Assembly: GCA_016748015.1 (NCBI GenBank)
Contig: JAAOMT010000496.1
Coordinates: forward strand, 30,622-94,621
Length of the DNA stretch: 64,000 nucleotides
DNA from: Geosiphon pyriformis uo1
Taxonomy: Eukaryota; Fungi; Glomeromycota
Direction: 5' to 3'
The notes beneath the pieces are model-generated. The model was not told the DNA's origin. It did not search any database and worked only from the letters and a program-made list of their open reading frames with translations. Of this stretch, positions 12,203 to 22,126 are shown in pieces. The position numbers and the translations under genes are program-made. Position 1 is the stretch's first letter. The number at the start of each line of letters is the position of its first letter.

Positions 12203-13172
12203 TATTACTGAAGATTTTTGGTCTCTTTTCTTAAATGTTGTTAATGTCTGTTTGTTGAAAATTCATGTTTTTTAGAAGTAGTTGGATCTTCAGTAACTGA
12301 ATTTATTTTCAAATTATCTTCTATAATTTGAACTGCTGGGCTTATAAATAGAATGGCCAATTCCTTGCCAGTTACTTTATGTAGTTATGTTGTAGTAAAC
12401 ATCAACTCTTTCCCAGGAATTGCTTGTCTAGAAGCTTACTAAAAATGTGTAGTTACTTTGCTGTGAAAGTCAACTCTTCTACAGGAATCTCGTCTGTAGG
12501 CTACCCTAATGATTGTAAAAAAAAAATAAAAGAAATGTAAAAGAAATAGGATTTTATCAAGGGAAACGTTTTTTTATCCAGGCCTGGAATCACTAACAGT
12601 TTATTGAAATTGGTAGCTAATTAATTTCAAAATGTTAGTTGGGTTTTGAGAATTTTCCAAGTGCAATAATTAAAAAATTTGGTTTTTTTGAATTATTTGA
12701 TATTTATTTCTTTTTGTGTGTATAGGAATGGTTCTAGTGATAAAATCTAAAGTAAGATATATTTTCTTGAAGAGAAAAGCTTTTCTTTTATACAATTTGT
12801 CGTAACACTATTCTATAAACTTGAACTTTGCTCTTTTCTACAATTTTGCTGAACTAAAGCTATATTTCAGTGAACTACAAGTTATTTCTGTGAACTATTA
12901 AATATTTCGGTGAACTATCAATTATTTCAGCAACTTTTTACAAATTTCAGTGAACTTTTGAATGTTACATAGTTCAGAGTATTGCATGATTGATCATTGC
13001 AATTAAGTTACATTTGTGTTCTGTACAAATCAGGTTATTAATTAAATAATAGTTTCAGATATTTTGCTAATATAATAAGTAATAATTTGAAATGATAATA
13101 TATGCTAATTAATAATAGGAATTATAAGGGTGATTTCATGCTAAATAATATCTCTAATTTTGTCTGGTAACA
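12203..13172 (-). repeat. 3' LTR of Gypsy family B
   Basis: Direct repeat of 21138-22122, about 8% divergent over the first ~310 nt by manual count. Ends TCTGGTAACA on the + strand. Confidence 0.95.
12842..12963. repeat. Six ~20-bp tandem units (core ATTTC(A/G)G(T/C)GAACT) in U3 of LTR family B
   Basis: Units are visible here and at ~21790-21913 in the other LTR. Reciprocal TG/CA differences imply an ancestral TTCGGCGAACT. Confidence 0.7.
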
Positions 13173-13860
13173 TAACCTCCTCCTCAAGACTGAGCTCCAT
13201 CGAAGTCCAAGTGCTGTCTGTAATTTCTGGATAGTAATCCAAGATTATTGAAGAAATTTGGTCTGAAAATTGTTGAAATTTCAGTTCTGTGAGCTTTCCA
13301 ATATATTGAGTTTTCAAGGATTGTAAAATTGGGTTTTATAAGACGTTTTTGCAGGTGTGAAATAGGTCATAAAGTCTAAAAGCAGCTCTTAGTTTATAGT
13401 GGCTGTTTTTAAGTCCAGCTGTTGTCTTGAATTCATTGTGGAGTTGTTTCTGAATAGCTTCTTTTGTAAGGTTTGCTGCTGTAAGCTCCAGTTTTCGTTC
13501 ATGAAGTGTTTTTCCAATGTAGAAATATCTATATATTGAGAGGTATTTGCTGTTTTCTTCATTAAGACACAGTTGAAGTTTTTGTTGAATAGTGGCATTT
13601 GGTGGAATATTAATAGGAGTGAGCAATAAGTTTTCTTTCAAAACAAGCTTCAAAAGTTCTGGTAGGTGAATTCCAGAATAACTTCTTGTGTTTTTTCTAT
13701 AAGGGTAATACTTTCGTAAATTTGGGGCTAGATTTGTAACTATTTTTGTTTGAGTATAATTAATATGTTTTCCAGTGATAGTAATAGATAATTCGGATAT
13801 TGTTTTTAAAGCTAACATTAATTTTTGAGATAACTGTTGAATGTTTTGAGAGATAGTCAT
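13141..13860 (-). pseudogene. Extra (third) ORF of Gypsy B, ~239 codons with one internal stop, unknown function
   Basis: The ATG-started 174-aa ORF continues in frame past a single TAA (13336-13338): NPILQSLKTQYIGKLTELKFQQFSDQ...LSLEEEVMLPDKIRDII*, crossing the PPT into the LTR. Confidence 0.7.
13176..13185 (-). promoter_or_regulatory. Polypurine tract (GAGGAGGAGG)
   Basis: Purine run 3 nt before the TG start of the 3' LTR on the minus strand. Confidence 0.85.
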
Positions 13861-14049
13861 TATAAAAAAATTGAAATAAAAAAAATAAAATAAATTGAAA
13901 TTATTTTTGGTGTGTGGGTTTTTATGTTTATTTTTGATTTTGTTTTCAGTATTTTTGTTATGTTTTTGTGGAATTGTTTCTAAATTATAAGGGAATAACT
14001 ATAGTAATATATATAATTTAAGTGTTCAAGTTGAGAGGTTGTTCAATGA

Positions 14050-15402
14050 CAACTATTGGTTCTAAATTTCAGAGAATATCTTTGGGATTAATTAAAGGGG
14101 AATGTGTACCAATTTGTGGAATTAATAATTCAAAATTGTTTCTGGAATGATAGTGTTTCAAATAATCTCTATGTGCAACTTTTGCTAGGATTTGTCATCA
14201 AGTTTTAACTTGTATGATCCATTGTCTAGGATTTCATGAATAAAGAATGATCCATCCCATTTATTTTCAAAGTTTCCACTCCATTGTTTTTCAGCCTTAG
14301 TTCTATGTAAGAGAATCTTGTTTCTAATTTTAAATTTGTTGGTGACTGGTGGCAATTTGTTGTCATGCCGTTCTTTTTGTTGAGCTTGGGAGTGTTCAAT
14401 GTGAGTTGCTGCTATTCATTGTTTTTCTTCCAATGTGTTAAGCAGAGTGTAGGCTCTTCATTGTAGTGTTTCCTGAAAGTTGTCTTCATTAATTGGCTGT
14501 ACTGGGTATGTTTCCACTATGAAACTAATTGGTAACATTGCTGTTTTTCTATAGATTAAATCAAATGGTATGTGTTTTGTGGTATCTTGTTTTAGTGTTC
14601 TATATGCTAGTAACACTGATAGAATAAAGGTATCTTATTCTTGCTCAAAATCAGTTGAGACTTTGGCTAATGATTTACACAATGTTCTGTTGAAACATTC
14701 TACAAGTCTATTTGTTTGTGAATGGTAGGGCAAAGATAATGGTCTTTTGATATTGAATCATTCACAAATTTCTTGTATTAAGTTGTTCACAAAATGTGTT
14801 CCTTGGTTGGATAAAAGTTCAATTGGGCATCCATGTCTACAAATAATGTCTTCATAAATGAAGTTTGCTACTGATTTCATATCTGCTCATTGAATGACTC
14901 TGGCTTCAGGCTATTTGGTGAGATAATCTACAGCTACTGTAATATAATGGTTTCCTTGGTTTGTAATAGATAGTGGTCCGACTAAATCAATCCCAACTTG
15001 GTCAAAAGGCTGTTCAACTTTGATTGGATTTAAAGGTTCTGTAGGGCAAGTTCCTTTTCTTCTTTGACAACTATTACAAGATTTGACATATTTATGAATG
15101 TCTCTTCTCATTTAGGGCCAAAAGTAGTGTTCTAATGTTCTTTGGGTGGTGCTATTTTTTCCTAAATGTGCTGATAAAGAGTCTGAGTGCATGTTGTATA
15201 AGATAGTTTTCTTCTCATTTTCCTGTATTAATCTGAGTGGTTTGTCTGGGTTTCTGAAGTTTCAATAATAAATGGTGTTATTGTGTAGAAAATATTGTTT
15301 GGCTTTTTGTTGTAATTGGTGTTTTTCATCTGAAGACCAATCTGTTGGGATTGTTAGTGTCTTCAAATATTGTTTGAGATTGTTATAGTTTTCAGGGTTC
15401 AT
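14050..15402 (-). pseudogene. Gypsy integrase (HHCC, DDE core, GPY/F-like), disrupted; no chromodomain seen
   Basis: MHSDSLSAHLG...KSCNSCQ; PFDQVGIDLVGP...AVDYLTK; LLSNQGTHF; YHSQTNRLVECFNRTL; NKWDGSFFIHEILDNGSYKL. Confidence 0.9.
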
Positions 15403-15459
15403 TGTTTGTGGCTGTCTTTGTTGGTTAAGTTGAGTGTTGGCTTGTGTTTTCTAATTTTG

Positions 15460-16780
15460 CTTCATTCTTGAAAGACAGTTAACATTGGTGTGGAGTTTTC
15501 CTGGTTTGTGGTGCACTATATATTGATAGTTTGCTAAGAATCCTATCCATCAGGTTTGTTTTGCATTAAGTTGGGTGTTTTTGTTTTGTAACCATTTGAG
15601 TCCAATATTATCAGTAATAATATTGAATTCTTTAGACCTGAGATAAAGGTTGAAGTGATGTAGGGCCCAAATTATGGCTGCTGTTTCTAGTTCTGTGGCA
15701 GGGTAGTTTTTCTCAGCTGGTTTTAATGTTTTGCTAGTATAAGCAATTACTTGCTCATTTTCGTTGTCATCTAATTATGATAAGATGGCACTGAAAGCAG
15801 TATATGAGACATCTGTAGCTAATCGGAATTGGTTGCTAAAATCAGAATAAGCAAGAATTGGAGCTGTTGTAAGCTTTTCCTTGAGAATTTCAAAGGCTTT
15901 TTGGTGTTCAGTGGTCCGTTTGTATTCAATGTTTTTGGTGGTAAGCTGGTTGAAAGGTTTTGCAATTTCTGAGAATCTTTTGATGAATTTTCAATAATAA
16001 GAGGCTAATTCAATGAATTCTTTCAGTTTGGTGGTGTTTTGGGGAGTTTTAAAGTTTTTGACAATGCTAATTTTTCCTGAATCAAGTTTGATTCTGTCTT
16101 TGCTGACAATATAGCCAAGAAAGGCCAAACTTGTTTTTCCAAAATAGCATTTCTCAATGTTCAGTTTCAATTCTGCTTTCTGTAATCATTGAAAAACTTC
16201 TTGCAGATGTTTTAAGTGTAATTCAAAAGATGGGAAATAAACATCAGTATCATTGAGATAAATGACTACTGATTTCCAAAAGAGTTCTTTGTACACAACA
16301 TCCATAAGCCTTTGGAATGTTGCTGGTATATTGCATAATCCAAAAGACATTACGTTAAACTCATAATTTCCTCCTTGTGTAATGAAAGCAGTTTTGGGGC
16401 AATCTTTGAGATCCATGACAACTTGTCAGTATCCGCTTTCCAAATCTAGAGTTGAAAAGTATTTGGACTTTCCAAGGGCATCTAACATATCATCAATTTA
16501 GGGAAAAGGATAGGCATCTCCAATGGTGACACTGTTAAGTTGGCAGTAATTGACACAAAATCGTATCTTTCCATTTTCTTTTTAACTAGAACCACAGGTG
16601 AGGCTCATGAACTTATTGACAGTTGAATAAGTCCATTGTTAAGCATCCATTATACTTCTTCTCAGATAAATTGGTGACTTTCTGGAGCAACTCAGTAGGC
16701 TTGTTGTTACCTTGGTTTGGCATTTCCTGTATAGATTTGGTGTTGAACCAAATTGGTTCTTCCTAAGTCATTGTTGTTTT
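15460..16780 (-). pseudogene. Gypsy reverse transcriptase and RNase H, disrupted
   Basis: KTAFITQGGNYEFNVMSFGLCNIPATFQRLMD and YLND (from YLDD); RNase H LATDVS...KNYPATELETAAIIWAL...IITD. Confidence 0.92.
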
Positions 16781-17289
16781 CAGCAAAGATATCAGCAAAT
16801 TTTGCAATTAGCTTTTTGAGCTGGTTTTGTTGTTGTGGTTCAAGTTGTCCCATGTTGATTTGAGATAGTTTTTCCATGACAACATGGTAGTTTTCAGAGC
16901 TAAGGTTTGGGTTGATTTTTGGTAGTGAATGTCCAATGATTTCTGAGAAATTGAAAACTGTTTGGAGTAGTTCTTGTTGAAAAATGTTACTGTAAATGAC
17001 TCTAATTTCTAAGTTATTTAATAAAACTATGGGATAATTGTTGGAATTGTAAAAAGTAACTCAAACTTTTTTTGTTTTTTCTGGAATATAAATGTTTGGG
17101 ATCGAGATATTATGTTTCAAACAGATTTGTTCATTGGACTCAAAAATTTGTTGTGTAGTTGTTGGCTTTTTACAAGTGTAAATTTCAGGGTGTTTTCTGA
17201 AAAGTAAAATAGTAATTGGTTAGAGAAGGCGTAAAATCTGGTAAGACTTATTTTGTTTATTGAGAGCTATGTTTACTGGAACTGTAAAT

Positions 17290-17745
17290 TGTTCAGTTGA
17301 ACCAAAACCTTGTGTTTCTTTTTTGCTTTTTTCCAATTGTTCTCTTTGATTGATTAACTATAAACTCAAAACATTGATTAAGGATAAATAGATAGCTTGA
17401 GCAATTTTCTCAGCATATTCAATTTTGAAAGACTTATTGGTTTTATTTTGTAACATTATTGTAATGTTTTTTGTATATCCGGCATCTATAATTTTTTCTC
17501 TAATGTTAATTCCTTTGCTTGCTAAGGATAATCAGGAAGCGATTTGGACCATTGCTCCTGGTGGAATTTTGAGAGCAATTTTGAGATTGATTTTGGTAAG
17601 AGAATTTGGTTAAAAGACCAAAGTGTTTTTTCCTAGATATTGTAGATCATATCCAGCATCAATTTCATGTGCTTTTTCAGGTTTTATTCCTTGTTCATTG
17701 TTGTTGAAGTATTTGAGTTGCAGAGCAGGCTGGTTTTCAGTAAAA
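17290..17745 (-). pseudogene. dUTPase domain in Gypsy pol, between protease and RT
   Basis: All five trimeric dUTPase motifs in order: DAGYDL, AS*LSLA (RSS with CGA>TGA), IIDAGYT, KIAQ, QGFGST. Confidence 0.9.
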
Positions 17746-18699
17746 TAGATGGGTGTGGTTTCAATTTCTTTTGTTGCTTCAGGTTCTCCGAATTCAATTT
17801 CATATTCATTACTTTTGCTGAGCAAAAGAATACTAAGAGCGTAGCATTTAGGACACCATTGTTCATCACAAGGCATTATACATTCCTCACATAATTTAAT
17901 GTTTATTTGCTTTAGCCATTGAGCTTAAGCTTCTTTAGTCGAGTAGGTATGACTTGCGATTTGATGGTACACTTCTACTTCATCTTTATAATCAAATCCA
18001 GTTAATTCCAAAGTATATTCAATATATTCAGCTTCCTTCATTTGAAGAACATCTTCTTTGGTTCCTCCATTAATTAAAATCATAGCAAGTTTATAGATCA
18101 TTTCAGCGTCATGGGAGTAGTGATAAAGTTTGTTGAGGGCACTGTTGTAAGTGGCATTGAAAAGTGTTCCACGTTTCACTTTTTCTGCAATAGAAAGAGC
18201 ATATTGGCAAGTTTGATCACAGACTCCTCCTTTAAAGGCAATGTCAATCCAATCACATTCATCAGGAAGCTGCTTTCTACAAGTAAGACAGGGTGTTCCA
18301 TCTCATTTTCCGCTTCTTTTAATCAAGTGGCCTCATCATTCTCAATAGCAGGCATTGCAAAAGTAACAAGTATGACTTCCATATTCTTCCTCTGGTAAGA
18401 TACAGGCTCCCATTAAGGAGAGTTTCTTGTAGCAGTCCTTGTATTTGAGTGGAATGTAAAAGCATCATTTCTTTAGTTCTGGTTTAGAATATGGAATGTT
18501 CCATCCAGGAGTTTTTGGTTTCTCTGGATATGAGTTTGTTGCAAAATACATTTGCTCAGTTTCTTCAGCCCAGTTAGATGTTGATTCAAGTGCCATAAAT
18601 GTTTTGACTACAGGCTTTTCTTCCTCCTCTTCAAATTTGAAGACAGGGGCTTTCTCTGATTGTTTGTTAAATGTACCACAAGTAGTGGGTACTCGGACA

Positions 18700-19060
18700 T
18701 GTTGTCCTTGATAGGAGAGTTGTAATTCTTGGGTTTCCCAGTCTAATTTTGCATTGGCTTTTTGGAGCCAATTATTTCCGACAAGGGCTTGATACTAGGG
18801 CGCATCCATTACAAGAACTTTGACTAGAATGGTGATTTCATTAAGAGTAAATGGAAAATTGTCAATTTCTCCTACTGGAGTCTTTTTCATGCTATCAGCA
18901 GTGACAATTACTGTCTGAGCTGGTCAGTCAACATTTTTCTTTAACTGTTGCATTAACTGGTAAGTGATAATGCTTCTGGTGGATACACTGTCTAGGATCA
19001 AGCAAATTGCCTTTCCTTTGACTTCTGCTTTGGTGTACATAGCAGTGATTGCTTTTTGTT
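18700..19060 (-). pseudogene. Retropepsin-type aspartic protease, disrupted
   Basis: AMYTKAEVKGKAICLILDSVSTRSII (decayed LDSG) and a downstream ALVGNNWL motif. Confidence 0.85.
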
Positions 19061-19299
19061 TGTTGGCGACTGCATTACTAAGCAGGAATAGTGACTCATT
19101 TGCTTCGAATTCAAAAGAAAATATATCTGAAAGGTTGGCATTTTCAGCAATTCTGGCTGGTGGGATTGTGGTAGGAGTATAGGAAGGGTTTTGTTGTTGT
19201 GCTGCAGCTCTACCTTCCAAGAGTGCAGTATAGTGAAAATCCTGTTCTTCAGGTATTGTAAAATAGCTAGGTTGAGTGTGATAGTGGTTGGGTTTTTGT

Positions 19300-21092
19300 T
19301 GAGCTGGATTTTAGGGAATTAATTGATTACTTTGATTGATTCTGTTGGTTGGGAAATGGTTCTGTGGTATGAATTGGTTTTGCTGGACCAATCTTCTTGC
19401 TGGTACTTGATATTGTTGAGTGGGTGGTATCTGATATTGCTGAATTGGTAAAGGTTGCTAATATTGTTGTTAAATTGGTTGTGGAGCTGGTTGATAATAG
19501 CTGTTTTGAATTTGTGGTCTTGGTGAATAATAAGTTGGTGATGGGAGTTGGCAATAAGATTGTTGTGATGAAGAGTAATGTTGATTACTCCTGTTTTGTT
19601 GGTCTCTTTGTAGTTTCCTGCAATCTCGTTTCCAGTGTCCTGGAATTCCACAATAGTGACAATTTTGAGATTGGTTATTGGATGATGGTCCAAAGTTGTT
19701 TTGGTTGTGTCACTGTAGTGGTTGATATTTATGTGGTTGTTGCTGCTGTTGTTGCTGGTTTGTAAAATAGCTTTCAACCTTCTTTGTCAGTTGGTCTATT
19801 TTTTGTTCAGCTGTTGAGCTGGTTTCTCCAATAGCCAAGTTAACAAGTTTGGTGTGATTTGTTTCTTCCATTGTCATTTTATAGCTTTTTGCATATCTAA
19901 TAGCAGTTGCTAAGTCTGCTGGAGCATGTGGATGGACTTTTTTAATCAGTTTGTCTTTTAACACTGCTATAAACTGATCCAGAATTTGAGCATCAGAATA
20001 GTAGTTATTGGTTTCTAATTGTCGGATTCGTCTGAGAAGTTTGTTAAATCTTCTAAGATAGGTCATAACAGTTTCAGATGTTTCTTGTTTGATATTGTGA
20101 AAGTGGTTTCTGAGAGTGATAGAGGTATTGTTGTCAGTAAATTGTTGTAGAAAAGCATCTTTGAATGCTTGCCAGTTTTCAAATGGTTCTTCTAAATTTT
20201 CAAACCATTTTCCTGCTGTTCCTTGGAGAAAGTAGGAAATTGCTTTAAGCATTCTTGCTGCAATCCAACCATTTGCATCTCCTGCTTTTTGAACTTTGTC
20301 AAGCCATTCTTAAGGACTGATATCATTGTCTTCACCAATGAATTCCGGAATTTTTGCAATGTAAGCAGTTGCCATTTCTTCTTCGTTTTCTGTAATTTCT
20401 TCTGGTTCTGATTTAGTTTCTTCACTTTTCAAGCTTTCTGAATGATTACTTTCGTTTTTTTGTAAGTAATTAATGATATTGGCACTTGTTGATATTGGTT
20501 TTTGTTGTTGAGTAGAATTTTTAGATGACTGAAAATCTTCTGGTCTGGAGAAACAGTTAAGTAGTGAACTTGGTATTTGTGGTTGAACAAGTGAAATTGG
20601 AAATAGTGTAATAAAAAGTGGTAATTTGACACTGGTTTCTTGTTTAGGTGTTTGCAAGTGTTTGGCAGTTATCTTTGGTAGTATTGGAGTGTTTGAAGTG
20701 ATTCTTGAGTATTGTTTCACTTTTTGTTTGTCCTTGTTGCTTGTCTCTGTTTCTAATTTAAAATTAAGAGAATATTTGGGCTGTACTGGGTATTTTTCTT
20801 CACAGTACTCAATAATATTAAAATTAAGTTCTTGGAAGTAGGTAGCAAGTGTTTCACTGTTCAGGTTTTCTGTTTCCAATTGTGAATAGTGCACTAAATT
20901 ATTGTAGAGATTGCTTCGAACTTCCGAAATGTTGTAGTTTCTAAAAAGATAATTGTTGATGCAATTTTTAATATATTGGTATACTGATTTCTTGACAACT
21001 TCAATTCCGTCTGGGATGTTAAATCTTTGCTTGCAGTAGGTGTAAATTGACTGATGATACTCTAGAGTTGTTGTGTCTGGTGTGGTTGCCAC
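19300..21092 (-). pseudogene. Gypsy gag (long N-terminal extension, capsid domain, CCHC knuckle)
   Basis: ORFs 20310-21092 and 19710-20252 (YFLQGTAGKWF...FLQQF...KQETSETVMTYL) and knuckle CHYCGIPGHWKRDC at ~19620-19665. Confidence 0.88.
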
Positions 21093-21120
21093 TTTGAATT
21101 TGTTGTTGCTGTGTTATTTT

Positions 21121-21135
21121 TGTGGGAGAGCACCA
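21121..21135 (-). promoter_or_regulatory. Primer-binding site of Gypsy B (TGGTGCTCTCCCACA)
   Basis: TGG start 2 nt after the 5' LTR end; complementary to a tRNA ending in ...GAGAGCACCA, identity not determined. Confidence 0.75.
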
Positions 21136-21137
21136 AA

Positions 21138-22122
21138 TGTTACCAGAGGTTTTTGGTCTCTTTTCTTAAATGTTGTTAATGTCTGTTTGTTGAAAATTCA
21201 CATTTTTTAGAAGTAGTTGGACCTCCAGTAACTGAATTTATTTTCAAATTATCTTCTATAATTTGAACTGCTGGGCTTATAAATAGAATGGCCAATTCCT
21301 TGCCAGTTACTTTATGTAGTTATATTGTAGTAAATGTTAACTCTTTCCCAAGAATTGCTCATCTGGAAGCTCACTAAAAATGTGTAGTTATTTTGCTGTG
21401 AAAGTCAATTCTTCTACAGGAATCTTGTCTGTAGACTACTTTAATGATTGTAATAAGAAAATAAAAGAAAAATAAAAGAAAAATAAAAGAAATGTAAAAG
21501 AAATAGGATTTTATCAAGGAAAACGTTTTTCTATTCAGGTCTGGAATTACTAACAGTTTATTGAAATTGGTAGCTAATCAATTTCAAAATGTTAGTTGGG
21601 GATTTTCCAAGTGCAATAATTAAAAAATTTGGTTTTTTTGAATTATTTGATATTTATTTCTTTTTGTGTGTATAGAAATGGTTCTAGTAATAAAATCTAA
21701 AGTAAGATATATTTTCTCGAAAAGAGAAGCTCTTCTTTTATACAATTTGTCATAACACTATTCTATAAACTTGAACTTTGCTCTTTTCTACAATTTTGCT
21801 GAACTAAAGCTACATTTTGGCAAACTACAAATTATTTCTGTGAACTATTAAATATTTCAGTAAACTATCAATTATTTTGGTAACTTTCTACAAATTTTGG
21901 CAAACTTTTGAATGTTACATAGTTCCAGGTATTACATGATTGATTATCGCAATTAAGTTACATTTGTGTTCTGTACAAATTGGGTTATTAATTAAATAAT
22001 AGTTTCAGATATTTTGCTAATATAATAAGTAATAATTTGAAATGATAATATATGCTAATTAATGATAGGAATTATAAGTGTGATTTTATGCTAAATAATA
22101 TCTCTAATTTTATCTGGTAACA
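21138..22122 (-). repeat. 5' LTR of Gypsy family B
   Basis: Perfect 10-bp terminal inverted repeat TGTTACCAGA...TCTGGTAACA; adjacent PBS. Confidence 0.95.
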
Positions 22123-22126
22123 ATAG

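Larger units (their letters stand above)
12203..22122 (-). mobile_element. Complete but degenerate Ty3/Gypsy LTR retrotransposon (family B): gag-PR-Cys-rich-dUTPase-RT-RNase H-IN plus extra 3' ORF
   Basis: Two ~970/985-bp LTRs, PBS, PPT and RT-RH-IN domain order. Flanks ATGA (12199-12202) and ATAG (22123-22126) are a decayed 4-bp TSD from ATGG. Confidence 0.95.

Noticed and set aside
15440-15460. Integrase as a separate ORF after a TAG
   Set aside because: The frame continues to the integrase Met, and CAG>TAG fits the mutation bias.
19397-19765. Val-rich plus-strand ORF and other antisense ORFs over the elements
   Set aside because: Shadows of Gln/Asn/Pro-rich or coding opposite strands, with no independent support.
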